DNA of 64,000 nt from an uncultured Candidatus Saccharibacteria bacterium (GTDB lineage Bacteria > Patescibacteriota > Minisyncoccia > Phycocordibacterales > UBA918). Each line of letters begins with the position of its first letter. Position 1 is the stretch's first letter. This document shows, piece by piece, positions 10,930-20,406 of the stretch. The translations under genes were made by a program, and so were the position numbers. Below the pieces are notes generated by a model that saw only the letters and a program-made list of their open reading frames with translations, did not search any database and was not told where the DNA came from. The DNA lies in assembly GCA_964353135.1 (NCBI GenBank), contig CAYGTV010000001.1, positions 87,138-151,137 on the forward strand, in the 5' to 3' direction.

Positions 10930-11172
10930 TTAAAAAGAAAAAGTTAAAGCTGCCATTATTAAAATAAGTGGAACCGTGGTCAGCCCATAGGTGACAAGCG
11001 TTAGTCCGGTGACGGCTTTGTTTGTTCCGTACTGAGTCCAGTGATAATACAATATAACTGAATATATGATGTATATGAGTGCTGCGATGTAAAACAAAAG
11101 GGTAATGATGTCAGCCAGGGGCATAAAGCCACCTAGAGAATCAGTGAGCTGTACTGGTGATTGTCCGTTCAT
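10930..11172 (-). CDS. Small two-TM hypothetical protein
   Basis: Hydrophobic 80-aa ORF tightly packed in the operon. Confidence 0.7.
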   Translation of the reverse strand: MNGQSPVQLTDSLGGFMPLADIITLLFYIAALIYIIYSVILYYHWTQYGTNKAVTGLTLVTYGLTTVPLILIMAALTFSF

Positions 11173-11177
11173 AGGTA

Positions 11178-11954
11178 TTATTGTAGCACTAGGATTGAGT
11201 AACGTAGGACACTGTATTGATCAGGATGACTAGTGCAACTGAACCCGTACTGCTCAGCTAGTTTGGCTATACCGTTTACTTGTTCTGGTTCGTGTTCAAT
11301 CCAAAGCTGACCATTGACAGTCAGGTGGCCTGCGGCCGAGCTGAACAATTGTTCAATTACTTCTAGACCGTCAGTTCCACCATAGAGCGCGAGGTGGGGT
11401 TCATGAGACTTAACCGAGTCGGTCGCACGATCAATGGCTGGGTCGATGTAAGGAGGATTGCTTAAAATAAAGTCGTACGTAGCTCCAGCCGGAATTTGTT
11501 CAAATAGGTTTGAGTGATAGATGTTGTACCGCTCTTGTTCAATAGTATTCTCAGCACAATTCTTGGCAATAGTTGGAATCAAGCGTTTACTAAGTTCTCC
11601 AAAATCAACCCGGGCAGCTAGTACAGCTTTAGCGACCGCTACTCCAATACAGCCACTCCCGGCGCAGAGATCGAGGATACGAGGCGCCTGTGCTGCTGAG
11701 TTGTCGAGGCTGGGTTGCATCACACTACTCATTTTAATAGCAGCAATCGCTTTTTCTACCCAAAACTCAGTTTCAACCCGCGGGATCAGCGGCTGGTTAT
11801 CTAGGTGGATGGTACAGTCCAAAAAGGGAACATGGCCAATCAGATACCCCAGTGGGGTACCAAGCGCCAACGCTTTGCAGTCAGCGTAAAAAGCCTCAGA
11901 TTTTTCACCCTGGTATTTCTCCTGAAGCAGCCACTGTTCTTCTTGACTTTTCAT
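11178..11954 (-). CDS. prmC: Release factor glutamine methyltransferase (HemK/PrmC)
   Basis: LIPRVETE, LDLCAGSGCIG and NPPY. Confidence 0.93.
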   Translation of the reverse strand: MKSQEEQWLLQEKYQGEKSEAFYADCKALALGTPLGYLIGHVPFLDCTIHLDNQPLIPRVETEFWVEKAIAAIKMSSVMQPSLDNSAAQAPRILDLCAGSGCIGVAVAKAVLAARVDFGELSKRLIPTIAKNCAENTIEQERYNIYHSNLFEQIPAGATYDFILSNPPYIDPAIDRATDSVKSHEPHLALYGGTDGLEVIEQLFSSAAGHLTVNGQLWIEHEPEQVNGIAKLAEQYGFSCTSHPDQYSVLRYSILVLQ

Positions 11955-12006
11955 ATGATCTGTCTACTATGCAAGATGAAACTGCTATGGTCAAGGAGGA
12001 TGTAGC

Positions 12007-12327
12007 ATGACAGAAGATAAGCTCTCTCAGCTTTTGAAAGAATGCTTGGCAGATGAGTTCATGCGGGAGATTCTTTTCGCGCTAGAATTGGGTCAAAGTT
12101 TGACTGAGTATGCTGCGGAGTCAAAACGAGACTTGGGCAACATATCGAAAAAACTCAAGCGGCTTCAAGAAAAGCTGGCTATACGTCTTACCGAATCAGT
12201 TGGTCGCAGGCTCGTCTTAAATGAAGCCGGGAAAGCATTGGCCGGTTCGGCTCATATCTTCGAAGATGCACTGAACGATATCGTCTATGATCTTTGTGAT
12301 AATAAACATTTCAGCACAGGGGACTGA
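12007..12327 (+). CDS. Stand-alone LysR-type HTH domain protein
   Basis: SLTEYAAE...NISKKLKRLQEKL..RL.E..GRRLVLNEAGKAL resembles LysR HTH_1; no effector domain; AGGAGG SD. Confidence 0.7.
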   Translation: MTEDKLSQLLKECLADEFMREILFALELGQSLTEYAAESKRDLGNISKKLKRLQEKLAIRLTESVGRRLVLNEAGKALAGSAHIFEDALNDIVYDLCDNKHFSTGD

Positions 12328-12330
12328 ATG

Positions 12331-12366
12331 AAGGGCCTCGCGGTAAAAACCGCGTGGCCTTTCTTG
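12331..12366 (+). terminator. Intrinsic terminator
   Basis: GGCCTCGCGGT-aaaa-ACCGCGTGGCC followed by TTTCTT. Confidence 0.7.
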
Positions 12367-12564
12367 TATTCCTGAGTATGTAGCTTGAAGGTCTCAACAT
12401 TTAGGTCAGCACAAATATTACAATCTATCGAAAAAATAGCCTAGCCTCTAGTTCGTCCTGTTTCTGTTAGTATTGACTTTTAATTTTATTAATTGCATTA
12501 TGCTGGCGGAGCAGTATTCATACTGCTGAGCAATGTAATCAAAAACAGAATCGAGGAGAGCAGA

Positions 12565-14088
12565 ATGCTAGATTCAATAGAACTAAGTATTGCAGCAGCT
12601 ATGAGGCAGTTGGGATATGAAGATTTCAAATCAGACGCGCAGCGTCAGATGATTGAGGCTGCCACAGCTGGAAAAGATGTGCTCAGCATCATGCCGACAG
12701 GTGGTGGTAAAACAGCCGGTGCTATTGTGCCAGCAATTGTGCATGGTTGGGTGGTATTGGTGGTTTCACCGCTGAAATCGCTGATGGCTGACCAGTGCGG
12801 CGGTCTCGACGAAATGGGTATACCGGCGTTTATGCTGACGGGTGATCAAACTGAACAGGAAAAGAACGACGTTCGTAGCTCACTACGGAATCTCGCTTCG
12901 GGTCCGGCGTTTTTGTTTGTTTCTCCTGAAATGGCTGAAACAGCTACATTTCATCAGAAGTGGGTCAAAGACATTGAATTCAACCTTTTGTTTGTTGATG
13001 AGGTGCACTGCGTCAGTGTATGGGGAAACTCGTTTCGGAAAAAGTATCAACGAATCCGTTCAATTTGGACTAAGTTGAAAAAGCCACAAATTGTGGCGGC
13101 TTCCGCGACAGCTGATCCTCATATTTTGGCTGATATCATGAGTAGAGTTCCTTTTCGCAAAAAGCATCTTGTTGAAGTTTATGACGACCCTATTCGTAAT
13201 AACCTTCATTTGTTAATCGAGCAGCCGACGGTTGGTCTTAAGACGCAAAACTCGAAGCGACGCTGGGCAATCGATAGGCTTAAGCAGGTTGTAATGGATG
13301 ACCGAATGCCAACTCACGGCACTACCATCATCTATTGCACCCGGACTAGCGAAACAGAACTGTTGTTCTCTGAGTTGGTTGATCAAGCTGAGGAGTGTGG
13401 ATTTACACCCGCGCTCTATCATTCGAAACTTGATCCAGAGCATAAGGCTGCTTCTATGCGGATCTTTAAAACCGCACAGAAACCTCTGATTATCGCAACT
13501 TCTGCTTTTGGGATGGGGGTCGATCGGGCTGATGTTCGACTGATTGCGCACTACGGTCCGCCGCCTGATTTGGTTGAATTTGCACAGCAAATCGGCCGCG
13601 CTGGGCGGGATGGTTTATCGGCATATTGTCTGACTCTGTATCTTGATTGGATGGTTGATCGTTCAGTTCGGGCAGAAGTGCGAGAGCTTCCGGATCTTGC
13701 TCTGGTTGAGCAAACATACATTCGCTTGCTCAGAAATTGGCGTGATTGTCAGGAACGCCAGGAGAGTCGGTTCAATCTCGACTCATTCAATCGTATGTAT
13801 GAGCAATGGATTCAAAGTCGTGAAAACGTCTTTGATCCAGAGCGACGAATCGCCTTGCGAGAACAGTCAGTCGACATCCTGCAACGGCTCGGGTACATAC
13901 AAATTGATGGCCCGTATGTTTATGGTGTTAAGCAGATGCAGTTTGGTACTGAGACACATGAAAAGCTGATCGAGCTGACCGGTATGTATGCTCGCCGGGC
14001 AGAGCGCAACGCAAAGCGTGTCAAAGCGTTCTTTACTGCAGACGCTCCTGATCAAAATTTGCTGTTTGAGTCAATTCAAGCAGACTGA
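12565..14088 (+). CDS. Divergent RecQ-family SF2 helicase
   Basis: MPTGGGKT, VSPLKSLMADQ, VDEVHCVSVWG..FR, ATSAFGMGVD and QQIGRAGRDG; SD GAGGAG before MLDSI. Confidence 0.88.
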   Translation: MLDSIELSIAAAMRQLGYEDFKSDAQRQMIEAATAGKDVLSIMPTGGGKTAGAIVPAIVHGWVVLVVSPLKSLMADQCGGLDEMGIPAFMLTGDQTEQEKNDVRSSLRNLASGPAFLFVSPEMAETATFHQKWVKDIEFNLLFVDEVHCVSVWGNSFRKKYQRIRSIWTKLKKPQIVAASATADPHILADIMSRVPFRKKHLVEVYDDPIRNNLHLLIEQPTVGLKTQNSKRRWAIDRLKQVVMDDRMPTHGTTIIYCTRTSETELLFSELVDQAEECGFTPALYHSKLDPEHKAASMRIFKTAQKPLIIATSAFGMGVDRADVRLIAHYGPPPDLVEFAQQIGRAGRDGLSAYCLTLYLDWMVDRSVRAEVRELPDLALVEQTYIRLLRNWRDCQERQESRFNLDSFNRMYEQWIQSRENVFDPERRIALREQSVDILQRLGYIQIDGPYVYGVKQMQFGTETHEKLIELTGMYARRAERNAKRVKAFFTADAPDQNLLFESIQAD

Positions 14089-14092
14089 TAAT

Positions 14093-14123
14093 AAAGGCGG
14101 CCGTGTAACCATGGCCGCCTTTT
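14093..14123 (+). terminator. Intrinsic terminator
   Basis: AAAGGCGGCC...GGCCGCCTTTT. Confidence 0.75.
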
Positions 14124-14146
14124 CGATTAGGTGTATACTGACAAGT

Positions 14147-14893
14147 ATGAGTACACCAATGCTAGAAATTAAAAACCTGACCAAGGTTTATGGAAAAGGA
14201 AAAGATGCAAAAGTAGCAGTTGATAATATCTCGCTCAACGTTGAGCGTGGGGCGTTTTACGGGCTGCTTGGGCCAAACGGAGCGGGGAAGTCGACCACCA
14301 TTCACTGTATTACCGGTATTGCCCAGCCAACTAGTGGACAGATTTTGGTTGATGGGACTGACGTAGTGGCTGATTACCGAACCGCTAGAACAAAAGTGGG
14401 GCTTTCACCACAGGAATTCAACGTTGATATTTTCGCGACACCAGCACAGCTGATGGACTATATGGGTGGGTACTACAAAATCTCGAAAGCTACCCGGGAC
14501 GAGCGAATCGAACAACTCATCGAGCGGTTCGACCTACAGGAACACCGCGATGTGAAATTCCAGAAATTATCAGGTGGACTGAAACGTCGAGCAATGTTGG
14601 GGCGGGCGTTGGTGCATACTCCGGACCTGTTGATTCTCGATGAGCCAACCGCTGGAGTTGACGTCGAACAGCGCAAAGACCTCTGGGCGTACCTCAAAGA
14701 AATGAACGAACGAGGAAAAACTATTATTCTGACATCACACTACCTCGAAGAGATTCAATATCTCTGCAAGGAAATTGCGATTATTAATCACGGAAAAATT
14801 GTGGCACAAGGTACCAAAGCTGACTTTATGAAAGACGGTAAATCAGTCGAAGACACCTATCTAAGTATTATTGGTAAAGATAATCACAAATAA
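14147..14893 (+). CDS. ABC-2 transporter ATP-binding protein (YadG-like)
   Basis: GPNGAGKS, LSGG and LILDEPT. Confidence 0.93.
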   Translation: MSTPMLEIKNLTKVYGKGKDAKVAVDNISLNVERGAFYGLLGPNGAGKSTTIHCITGIAQPTSGQILVDGTDVVADYRTARTKVGLSPQEFNVDIFATPAQLMDYMGGYYKISKATRDERIEQLIERFDLQEHRDVKFQKLSGGLKRRAMLGRALVHTPDLLILDEPTAGVDVEQRKDLWAYLKEMNERGKTIILTSHYLEEIQYLCKEIAIINHGKIVAQGTKADFMKDGKSVEDTYLSIIGKDNHK

Positions 14894-14895
14894 TT

Positions 14896-15657
14896 ATGAA
14901 CACAATCGGACTATATACCATGTTTCGTCGCGAGGTCACCAGGACCATGCGCGTAGCAATCCAGACCCTGGTCGCGCCAGTGGTGTCAGCTGCGCTCTAC
15001 ATATTTATTTTTGGAACGGTAATTGGAACCAAGATCGAAGATTTTGCGGGTGTGCCGTACATCAGCTTTGTTTTTCCGGGAATTCTGATGCTTTCGATTA
15101 TCAATGCGTCGTTTGCTAGTGCGTCTTCGTCACTATATTTTATGCGCTTTACACGTGGGATTGAAGAAATTCTGATTGCCCCGTTTTCATACCTCGAAAT
15201 GCTGCTCGGGTTTGTAGGGAGTGCGATAGTCCGCGCGCTGATGGTGGCTGGTTTGATTCTGTGTGTTGGGCTCGCATTTGGTGCAGTACAGCTCGTGAAC
15301 CCACTTGCGTTTGTGGGCTATGTGTCAGCCATTGCAGCGATCTTTGCCATGTTGGGAATCATTGTGGCACTCTGGGCTGAAGGGTTTGAACAGCTGCAGG
15401 CACTCAACACATTTGTGATTACACCACTGACGTACCTCGGCGGTATTTTCTACAGTATCACCATGCTGCCACCACTAGCAGCCAGTATCACTCAGTTCAA
15501 CCCATTCTTTTATTTTGCTGATGGTATTCGTAGCAGTATGATCGGGTATAGTGAAGCCAATTCACTAGTTGGACTAATCGTGATTGTCGGTCTGGTGGTA
15601 TGCTTTGGTGCTCTGGTCACACATCTATTCAGAATTGGCTGGAAGATTCGGTCTTAG
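14896..15657 (+). CDS. ABC-2 transporter permease (YadH-like)
   Basis: Six-TM ABC-2 pattern, PLTYLGGIFY and FNPFFY; 2 nt after the ATPase. Confidence 0.9.
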   Translation: MNTIGLYTMFRREVTRTMRVAIQTLVAPVVSAALYIFIFGTVIGTKIEDFAGVPYISFVFPGILMLSIINASFASASSSLYFMRFTRGIEEILIAPFSYLEMLLGFVGSAIVRALMVAGLILCVGLAFGAVQLVNPLAFVGYVSAIAAIFAMLGIIVALWAEGFEQLQALNTFVITPLTYLGGIFYSITMLPPLAASITQFNPFFYFADGIRSSMIGYSEANSLVGLIVIVGLVVCFGALVTHLFRIGWKIRS

Positions 15658-15727
15658 AAACATAAAGTGAAAGTTGCACACAGCGCGGCGCCCTATGGGC
15701 GCTGCTCTTTGTTACAATCTAGGTAGT

Positions 15728-16729
15728 ATGAAATCAAACACTAAACTATATGAAACCGCGGCAGCTTTGCTTGCTGGTGGAAAGGGAATTCTAGCCGCTG
15801 ATGAGAGTGATGGGACAGCAGGGAAGCGGCTCGACCAGGTACGGCTCGAAAATACACCAGAAAATCGACAAGATTTCCGAGAGATTCTTTTTACTGCTGA
15901 TGGAATTGAGCAGTACATTTCAGGTGTCATTATGTATGACTCCTCAATCCGCAATACCACTGACGACGGAACTCCGTTTCCAGATGTGTTGATCGCCAAA
16001 GGGATCATTCCAGGGATCAAGGTAGATACTGGTGCCAAGGATTTTGAAGGCTTTAAAGGGGAGCAGATGACCCAAGGGCTAGATGATTTGTCTACTCGGT
16101 TTGAGGAATACTACGCCATGGGAGCGCGGTTCGCTAAATGGCGGATGGTTATAAACATTGATGGTGAAGAGCTTCCAACTGAACAAGCAATCGAAATGAA
16201 TACAGTTATGATGGCTCGCTACGCTCAGCTAGCTCAAGCAGCTGGGATAGTTCCAATTGTAGAGCCTGAGGTTATCCATGCTGGTGACCATTCACTCGAA
16301 CGAGCGGAGATGGTGACTACAACTGTGTTGCAAATACTGTTTCAACAATTGATGTATTACAAGGTTGATCTAGCGGGGCTGATCCTTAAATCATCGATGG
16401 TATTAGCCGGCGACAAATACTCAGAACAAACGTCAGCAGCGGAAGTGGCTCAAGCAACCCTCCGCACCTTCCACATGAGTGTGCCACATGAGACAGCTGG
16501 AATTGTATTTCTTTCAGGCGGACAAACTCCAGAGCGATCAACTGAAAACCTCAACGCCATCGCCAAGATGGGGCCACAACCGTGGCCGATCACGTTCTCG
16601 TTCTCACGAGCGCTTGAAAATGTAGTTCTCGACGCTTGGGGAGGAAAGAAAGAAAACGAAGAGGCTGCCAAGACCGCACTGTTTGAAGTTGTAAAGAAAA
16701 ATAGTGCAGCTAGTTTGGGGCAGCTATAG
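15728..16729 (+). CDS. Class I fructose-bisphosphate aldolase
   Basis: GKGILAADES, FAKWR, IVPIVEPEV and FLSGGQ. Confidence 0.95.
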   Translation: MKSNTKLYETAAALLAGGKGILAADESDGTAGKRLDQVRLENTPENRQDFREILFTADGIEQYISGVIMYDSSIRNTTDDGTPFPDVLIAKGIIPGIKVDTGAKDFEGFKGEQMTQGLDDLSTRFEEYYAMGARFAKWRMVINIDGEELPTEQAIEMNTVMMARYAQLAQAAGIVPIVEPEVIHAGDHSLERAEMVTTTVLQILFQQLMYYKVDLAGLILKSSMVLAGDKYSEQTSAAEVAQATLRTFHMSVPHETAGIVFLSGGQTPERSTENLNAIAKMGPQPWPITFSFSRALENVVLDAWGGKKENEEAAKTALFEVVKKNSAASLGQL

Positions 16730-16737
16730 TCAACACA

Positions 16738-16777
16738 AAAACAAAAACACCTCGCGACTGCGAGGTGTTTTTGTTTT
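16738..16777. terminator. Bidirectional intrinsic terminator
   Basis: 18-bp perfect stem AAAACAAAAACACCTCGC/GCGAGGTGTTTTTGTTTT. Confidence 0.8.
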
Positions 16778-16925
16778 AGCAATTCGCTTACAAAGAGGCG
16801 CTATCACCAACATCAAAGCTATAGAGTTCGAGTTCCAGGGAATGACCAAATTTTTAATGACTGAAAGGAATATAGAAATGGAAATACTCTTGTGGTACTC
16901 CCTCGGTAGGTCGAATCCGGAACAA

Positions 16926-16961
16926 AGTGAAAACAAGCCCCTTACGGGACTTGTTTTCACT
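16926..16961 (-). terminator. Terminator downstream of rpmG
   Basis: AGTGAAAACAAG...CTTGTTTTCACT hairpin. Confidence 0.65.
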
Positions 16962-16977
16962 CTTTAGGAGAGAGTAC

Positions 16978-17157
16978 TTACTTCTTCTGAGTATAAACCG
17001 TGTGCTTTTTAGCAACTGGGTTGAACTTTGAGACTTCGTATTTCTTGCTCGGGTCTTTTTTGTTTTTGTTGTTAAACCGTGTGTAGTACACGTGACCTTT
17101 GCCGACGCCGTTTTCGTCGCCTTTTGAAACCAATTTGATGAGTAAATCCTGTGACAT
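16978..17157 (-). CDS. rpmG: 50S ribosomal protein L33 (Zn-independent type)
   Basis: Hand translation MSQDLLIKLVSKGDENGVGKGHVYYTRFNNKNKKDPSKKYEVSKFNPVAKKHTVYTQKK (59 aa, below the ORF-track cut-off); IKL.S, GH.Y.T and K(F/Y).P...H signature. Confidence 0.9.
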   Translation of the reverse strand: MSQDLLIKLVSKGDENGVGKGHVYYTRFNNKNKKDPSKKYEVSKFNPVAKKHTVYTQKK

Positions 17158-17325
17158 AGTGGCGAAATACTATCAAATGGCTTAGAAATGTCAATCAATT
17201 CATGTTTAGAATGACTAACTAACAGGTCTATCCAATCTAAAAGGGTCATAAGTAAAACCTGCGTGCTATCATGAGGATACTACCGGGCATTTCTGTCTGT
17301 TTTATGTAGCCCGATAGATTTTATA

Positions 17326-18552
17326 ATGAAAGTTTTAACCTTTAGCTGGGAGTACCCTCCAGCCAAAAACGGTGGCCTTGGGGTTGCGTGTTTTGGTTTA
17401 ACTCGAGAGCTACTACACGATGGTGTAGAGGTTATCTTGGTGCTCCCAAAAACCCAAGAAACGCGCGGAAACGCGCGAGTTTTGTTTGCCGATACCGAAC
17501 GCCTGGCTCGGATGAGTGAACATGAGCAGACCTTCCCCGGCCCATATCATCACGCTACAACTATGGTCGATTCTATCATTGGCTACGACGCAACTGGTAA
17601 ACCGATCTATCGCTCACGGACTATTCTGGAAGAAGCTCATCGGTTTGCGCATCAGGCAGCAATTATCGCCAAAATGGAGGATTTTGATATCATCCATGCT
17701 CATGACTGGACATCATACCTGGCTGGTGTAGCCGCAAAAATAGCGTCTGGTAAACAGCTGATCCTGCACGTGCATGCAACATCGTTTGATCAAGCGGCAG
17801 GTGATAATGTCGATCCAAGCATGCTTCAAATCGAACACGAAGGGTTTATGATGGCTGACAAGGTTATCGCTGTGAGTGAATACACCAGGCAGATAGTTAT
17901 CAATAAACACGGTGTTGATCCTGCTAAAGTAGATGTCGTTCATAATGGCTGTGACGCTGAAGAAGTGGTACAGCTAGAACCAACCCTGCAAGCACTCAAG
18001 GATCAAGGAAAGAAGATTGTTCTGTATCATGGCCGGATTAGTATCCAAAAAGGAGTCGATTATTTTGTCCATGCCGCCAGACGCGTTGTCGATGAGGATC
18101 CCAATGTGGTGTTTGTGATCTCTGGCTGGGGTGACATGATGACGCAAGTCATCCACCAGGTTGGTGCGATGGGGTTGTCTGAGCACGTCAGGTTTGCCGG
18201 AGCGACTTGGGAACAAGAGCGGGATCGTCTGTACCAGAGTGTTGATCTGTTTGTGATGCCTTCGGTATCAGAACCATTTGGTCTGGTGCCCCTTGAGGCA
18301 CTCCAGCACGGTACGCCGTCAATTATTACAAAGCAATCAGGTGTGTCAGAGGTGCTCACACACGCCCTCAAGGTGGATTTTTGGGATGTGGACGAGATGG
18401 CTAACCAAATCTTGTCAGCTCTGCGGTACCCAGTACTTGGTGAGCAGATTGTTAAAGAAGGAAGGTTGCAGTTGTTAGGGTTATCATGGCAAAAGGCTGC
18501 CACTAAAATGCATCAGCTATTTCGAAATCTGTTACAATACGCTACATCATAA
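17326..18552 (+). CDS. GT4 glycosyltransferase (alpha-glucan/glycogen synthesis)
   Basis: WEYPP..GGLG, IHAHDW and PSVSEPFGLVPLEA. Confidence 0.92.
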   Translation: MKVLTFSWEYPPAKNGGLGVACFGLTRELLHDGVEVILVLPKTQETRGNARVLFADTERLARMSEHEQTFPGPYHHATTMVDSIIGYDATGKPIYRSRTILEEAHRFAHQAAIIAKMEDFDIIHAHDWTSYLAGVAAKIASGKQLILHVHATSFDQAAGDNVDPSMLQIEHEGFMMADKVIAVSEYTRQIVINKHGVDPAKVDVVHNGCDAEEVVQLEPTLQALKDQGKKIVLYHGRISIQKGVDYFVHAARRVVDEDPNVVFVISGWGDMMTQVIHQVGAMGLSEHVRFAGATWEQERDRLYQSVDLFVMPSVSEPFGLVPLEALQHGTPSIITKQSGVSEVLTHALKVDFWDVDEMANQILSALRYPVLGEQIVKEGRLQLLGLSWQKAATKMHQLFRNLLQYATS

Positions 18553-18555
18553 GTT

Positions 18556-19959
18556 ATGCTCACTGTCTGTCCGTATTTCCATGTCCACCAACCGTACCGG
18601 GTAAAAAAATACCGAGTATTTGATATCGGACAAGACACCGAATATTTCAACGACGATTCTGAAACCGACCTAAACAATCGTCGAATTGTAGAAAAGGTTG
18701 CCAACAAATCATACCGTCCAACTAATAAAGTCTTAAAAGAACTGCTCGACAAGCATCCTGAATTCCGGTTTAACCTGTCTTTCTCTGGAACTGCACTCGA
18801 TCAGTTTGAAGCTTACGCCCCAGACGTCCTTGAATCATTTCAGGAGCTAGTAGCGACTGGGCGGGTAGAAATTCTGGCTGACACATACCACCACTCACTG
18901 GCATTTTTCTATTCGGTACCAGAATTCAAACGTCAGGTACAAAAACACGAACGTCGGATCAAGCAACTCTTTGGAGTGAAGCCGCGAGTGTTTCGAAATA
19001 CTGAGTTGTCGTATCGCAATGACCTAGCTAAATGGTGTGAGGATAATGGCTACCTCGGGATAATGGCCGAGGGTTGGGATAAGTACCTTGGGTGGCGCAG
19101 CCCAAACTTTTTATATCAACCGCCAGGTTGCAAGAAAATAAAAATCCTGCTCAAAAACTACAAGCTCTCTGACGACATTGCCTTTCGATTTGGAAACAAA
19201 GAGTGGGACAGTTGGCCACTTTCAGCTGACACGTATGCAAACTGGATTCATTCAAATCATGGTAATGGTGAGACGGTGAACTTGTTTATGGATTACGAAA
19301 GTTTCGGGGAACACCAGTGGGAAGATACGGGGATTTTTGAATTCCTCAAGGCTCTCCCTGAGACACTGCTGCGACACCCAGAAACCAGTTTTAAAACGGC
19401 CACTGAAACAGTCCAGGCGTATGACGTGAAGGGTGAGTACGATGTTCCTGATGTCCTGACCTGGGCTGATACGGATCGCGACCTAACTGCTTGGACTGGT
19501 AACGACATTCAGCGTGATGCGATTGCAGCTACTTATCGGATGGAAGACGCCGTCATGTCTACCGGTAAACGTGACCTGATCGAAAAATGGCGCAAGCTGC
19601 AGACGTCTGACCACTTTTATTATATGTGTACCAAATGGTCTAACGATGGTGATGTGCACGCGTACTTCTCACCGTATGAGTCACCGTACGATGCCTATAT
19701 TGCATTTATGAACGCGTTGTCTGATCTAAAATTGCGAGTGGATCATGCAGTCAAGGAGCGGGCTGAGCGCCTAGACGCAGTGGCAGAAAAAGCTGGTTAT
19801 CAATTACACCAAGCAGAAGAGAAGGTACAGAACGAGGATCCAGAGCCAGAAATTGCTGAGTCTCCAACTAAGGAAAAGGGTGATAGTCGTTTAAAAAACC
19901 TTTGGGATCGCTTGAAATCATTATTCCCGGGATCACGCAGAAACAAGCAAGCAACGTGA
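18556..19959 (+). CDS. GH57 alpha-amylase-like glycoside hydrolase
   Basis: FHVHQP, FRNTEL, FMDYESFGEH and QTSDHFYYM. Confidence 0.93.
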   Translation: MLTVCPYFHVHQPYRVKKYRVFDIGQDTEYFNDDSETDLNNRRIVEKVANKSYRPTNKVLKELLDKHPEFRFNLSFSGTALDQFEAYAPDVLESFQELVATGRVEILADTYHHSLAFFYSVPEFKRQVQKHERRIKQLFGVKPRVFRNTELSYRNDLAKWCEDNGYLGIMAEGWDKYLGWRSPNFLYQPPGCKKIKILLKNYKLSDDIAFRFGNKEWDSWPLSADTYANWIHSNHGNGETVNLFMDYESFGEHQWEDTGIFEFLKALPETLLRHPETSFKTATETVQAYDVKGEYDVPDVLTWADTDRDLTAWTGNDIQRDAIAATYRMEDAVMSTGKRDLIEKWRKLQTSDHFYYMCTKWSNDGDVHAYFSPYESPYDAYIAFMNALSDLKLRVDHAVKERAERLDAVAEKAGYQLHQAEEKVQNEDPEPEIAESPTKEKGDSRLKNLWDRLKSLFPGSRRNKQAT

Positions 19960-19998
19960 TAAAATAAACCCATTAGTACTCAATTGTTCCTAGTTCTT

Positions 19999-20400
19999 AT
20001 GCCTACAAAAAAACCAACAACTAAAAAAGTTAGCAAGAAGACCGTTGCAAAAACAACTGTAAAAAAGCCAACAACTAAAAAAGCGCCGGCGAAAAAGAAG
20101 GTGGCAAAAACAACTGCTATGAAAAAACCAAACAAAGATTTGGTGTTTGCTTCCGACCAAGAATCATTCTGGACAACTGACGGTCAAATCCTCAACAGTT
20201 TGATGGCGCTATCAGAAGCCTTTGGCACCATGGACAAAGGTGTCTACCGATTCCATGCTGAAGGCGACCGAAATGACTTCTCTGTTTGGGTGGAGACAGT
20301 CTTGTGTGACGGTGAGTGCGCGGCAGAGTTAGCTAAAGCAAAAACGCACAAGAGCGCACGCACTATCGTCAACAAACACCTTAAGAATTATTCGAAATAA
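19999..20400 (+). CDS. Lys-rich N-terminus plus DUF5752-like domain
   Basis: KKPTTKK repeats then FW..DG..L.SL..L...F.FH....NDFS.WV. Confidence 0.65.
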   Translation: MPTKKPTTKKVSKKTVAKTTVKKPTTKKAPAKKKVAKTTAMKKPNKDLVFASDQESFWTTDGQILNSLMALSEAFGTMDKGVYRFHAEGDRNDFSVWVETVLCDGECAAELAKAKTHKSARTIVNKHLKNYSK

Positions 20401-20406
20401 TTTCCT

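Noticed and set aside
16704-17249. ORF-track ORFs of 87, 76 and 131 aa
   Set aside because: They overlap terminators and the true rpmG in another frame.
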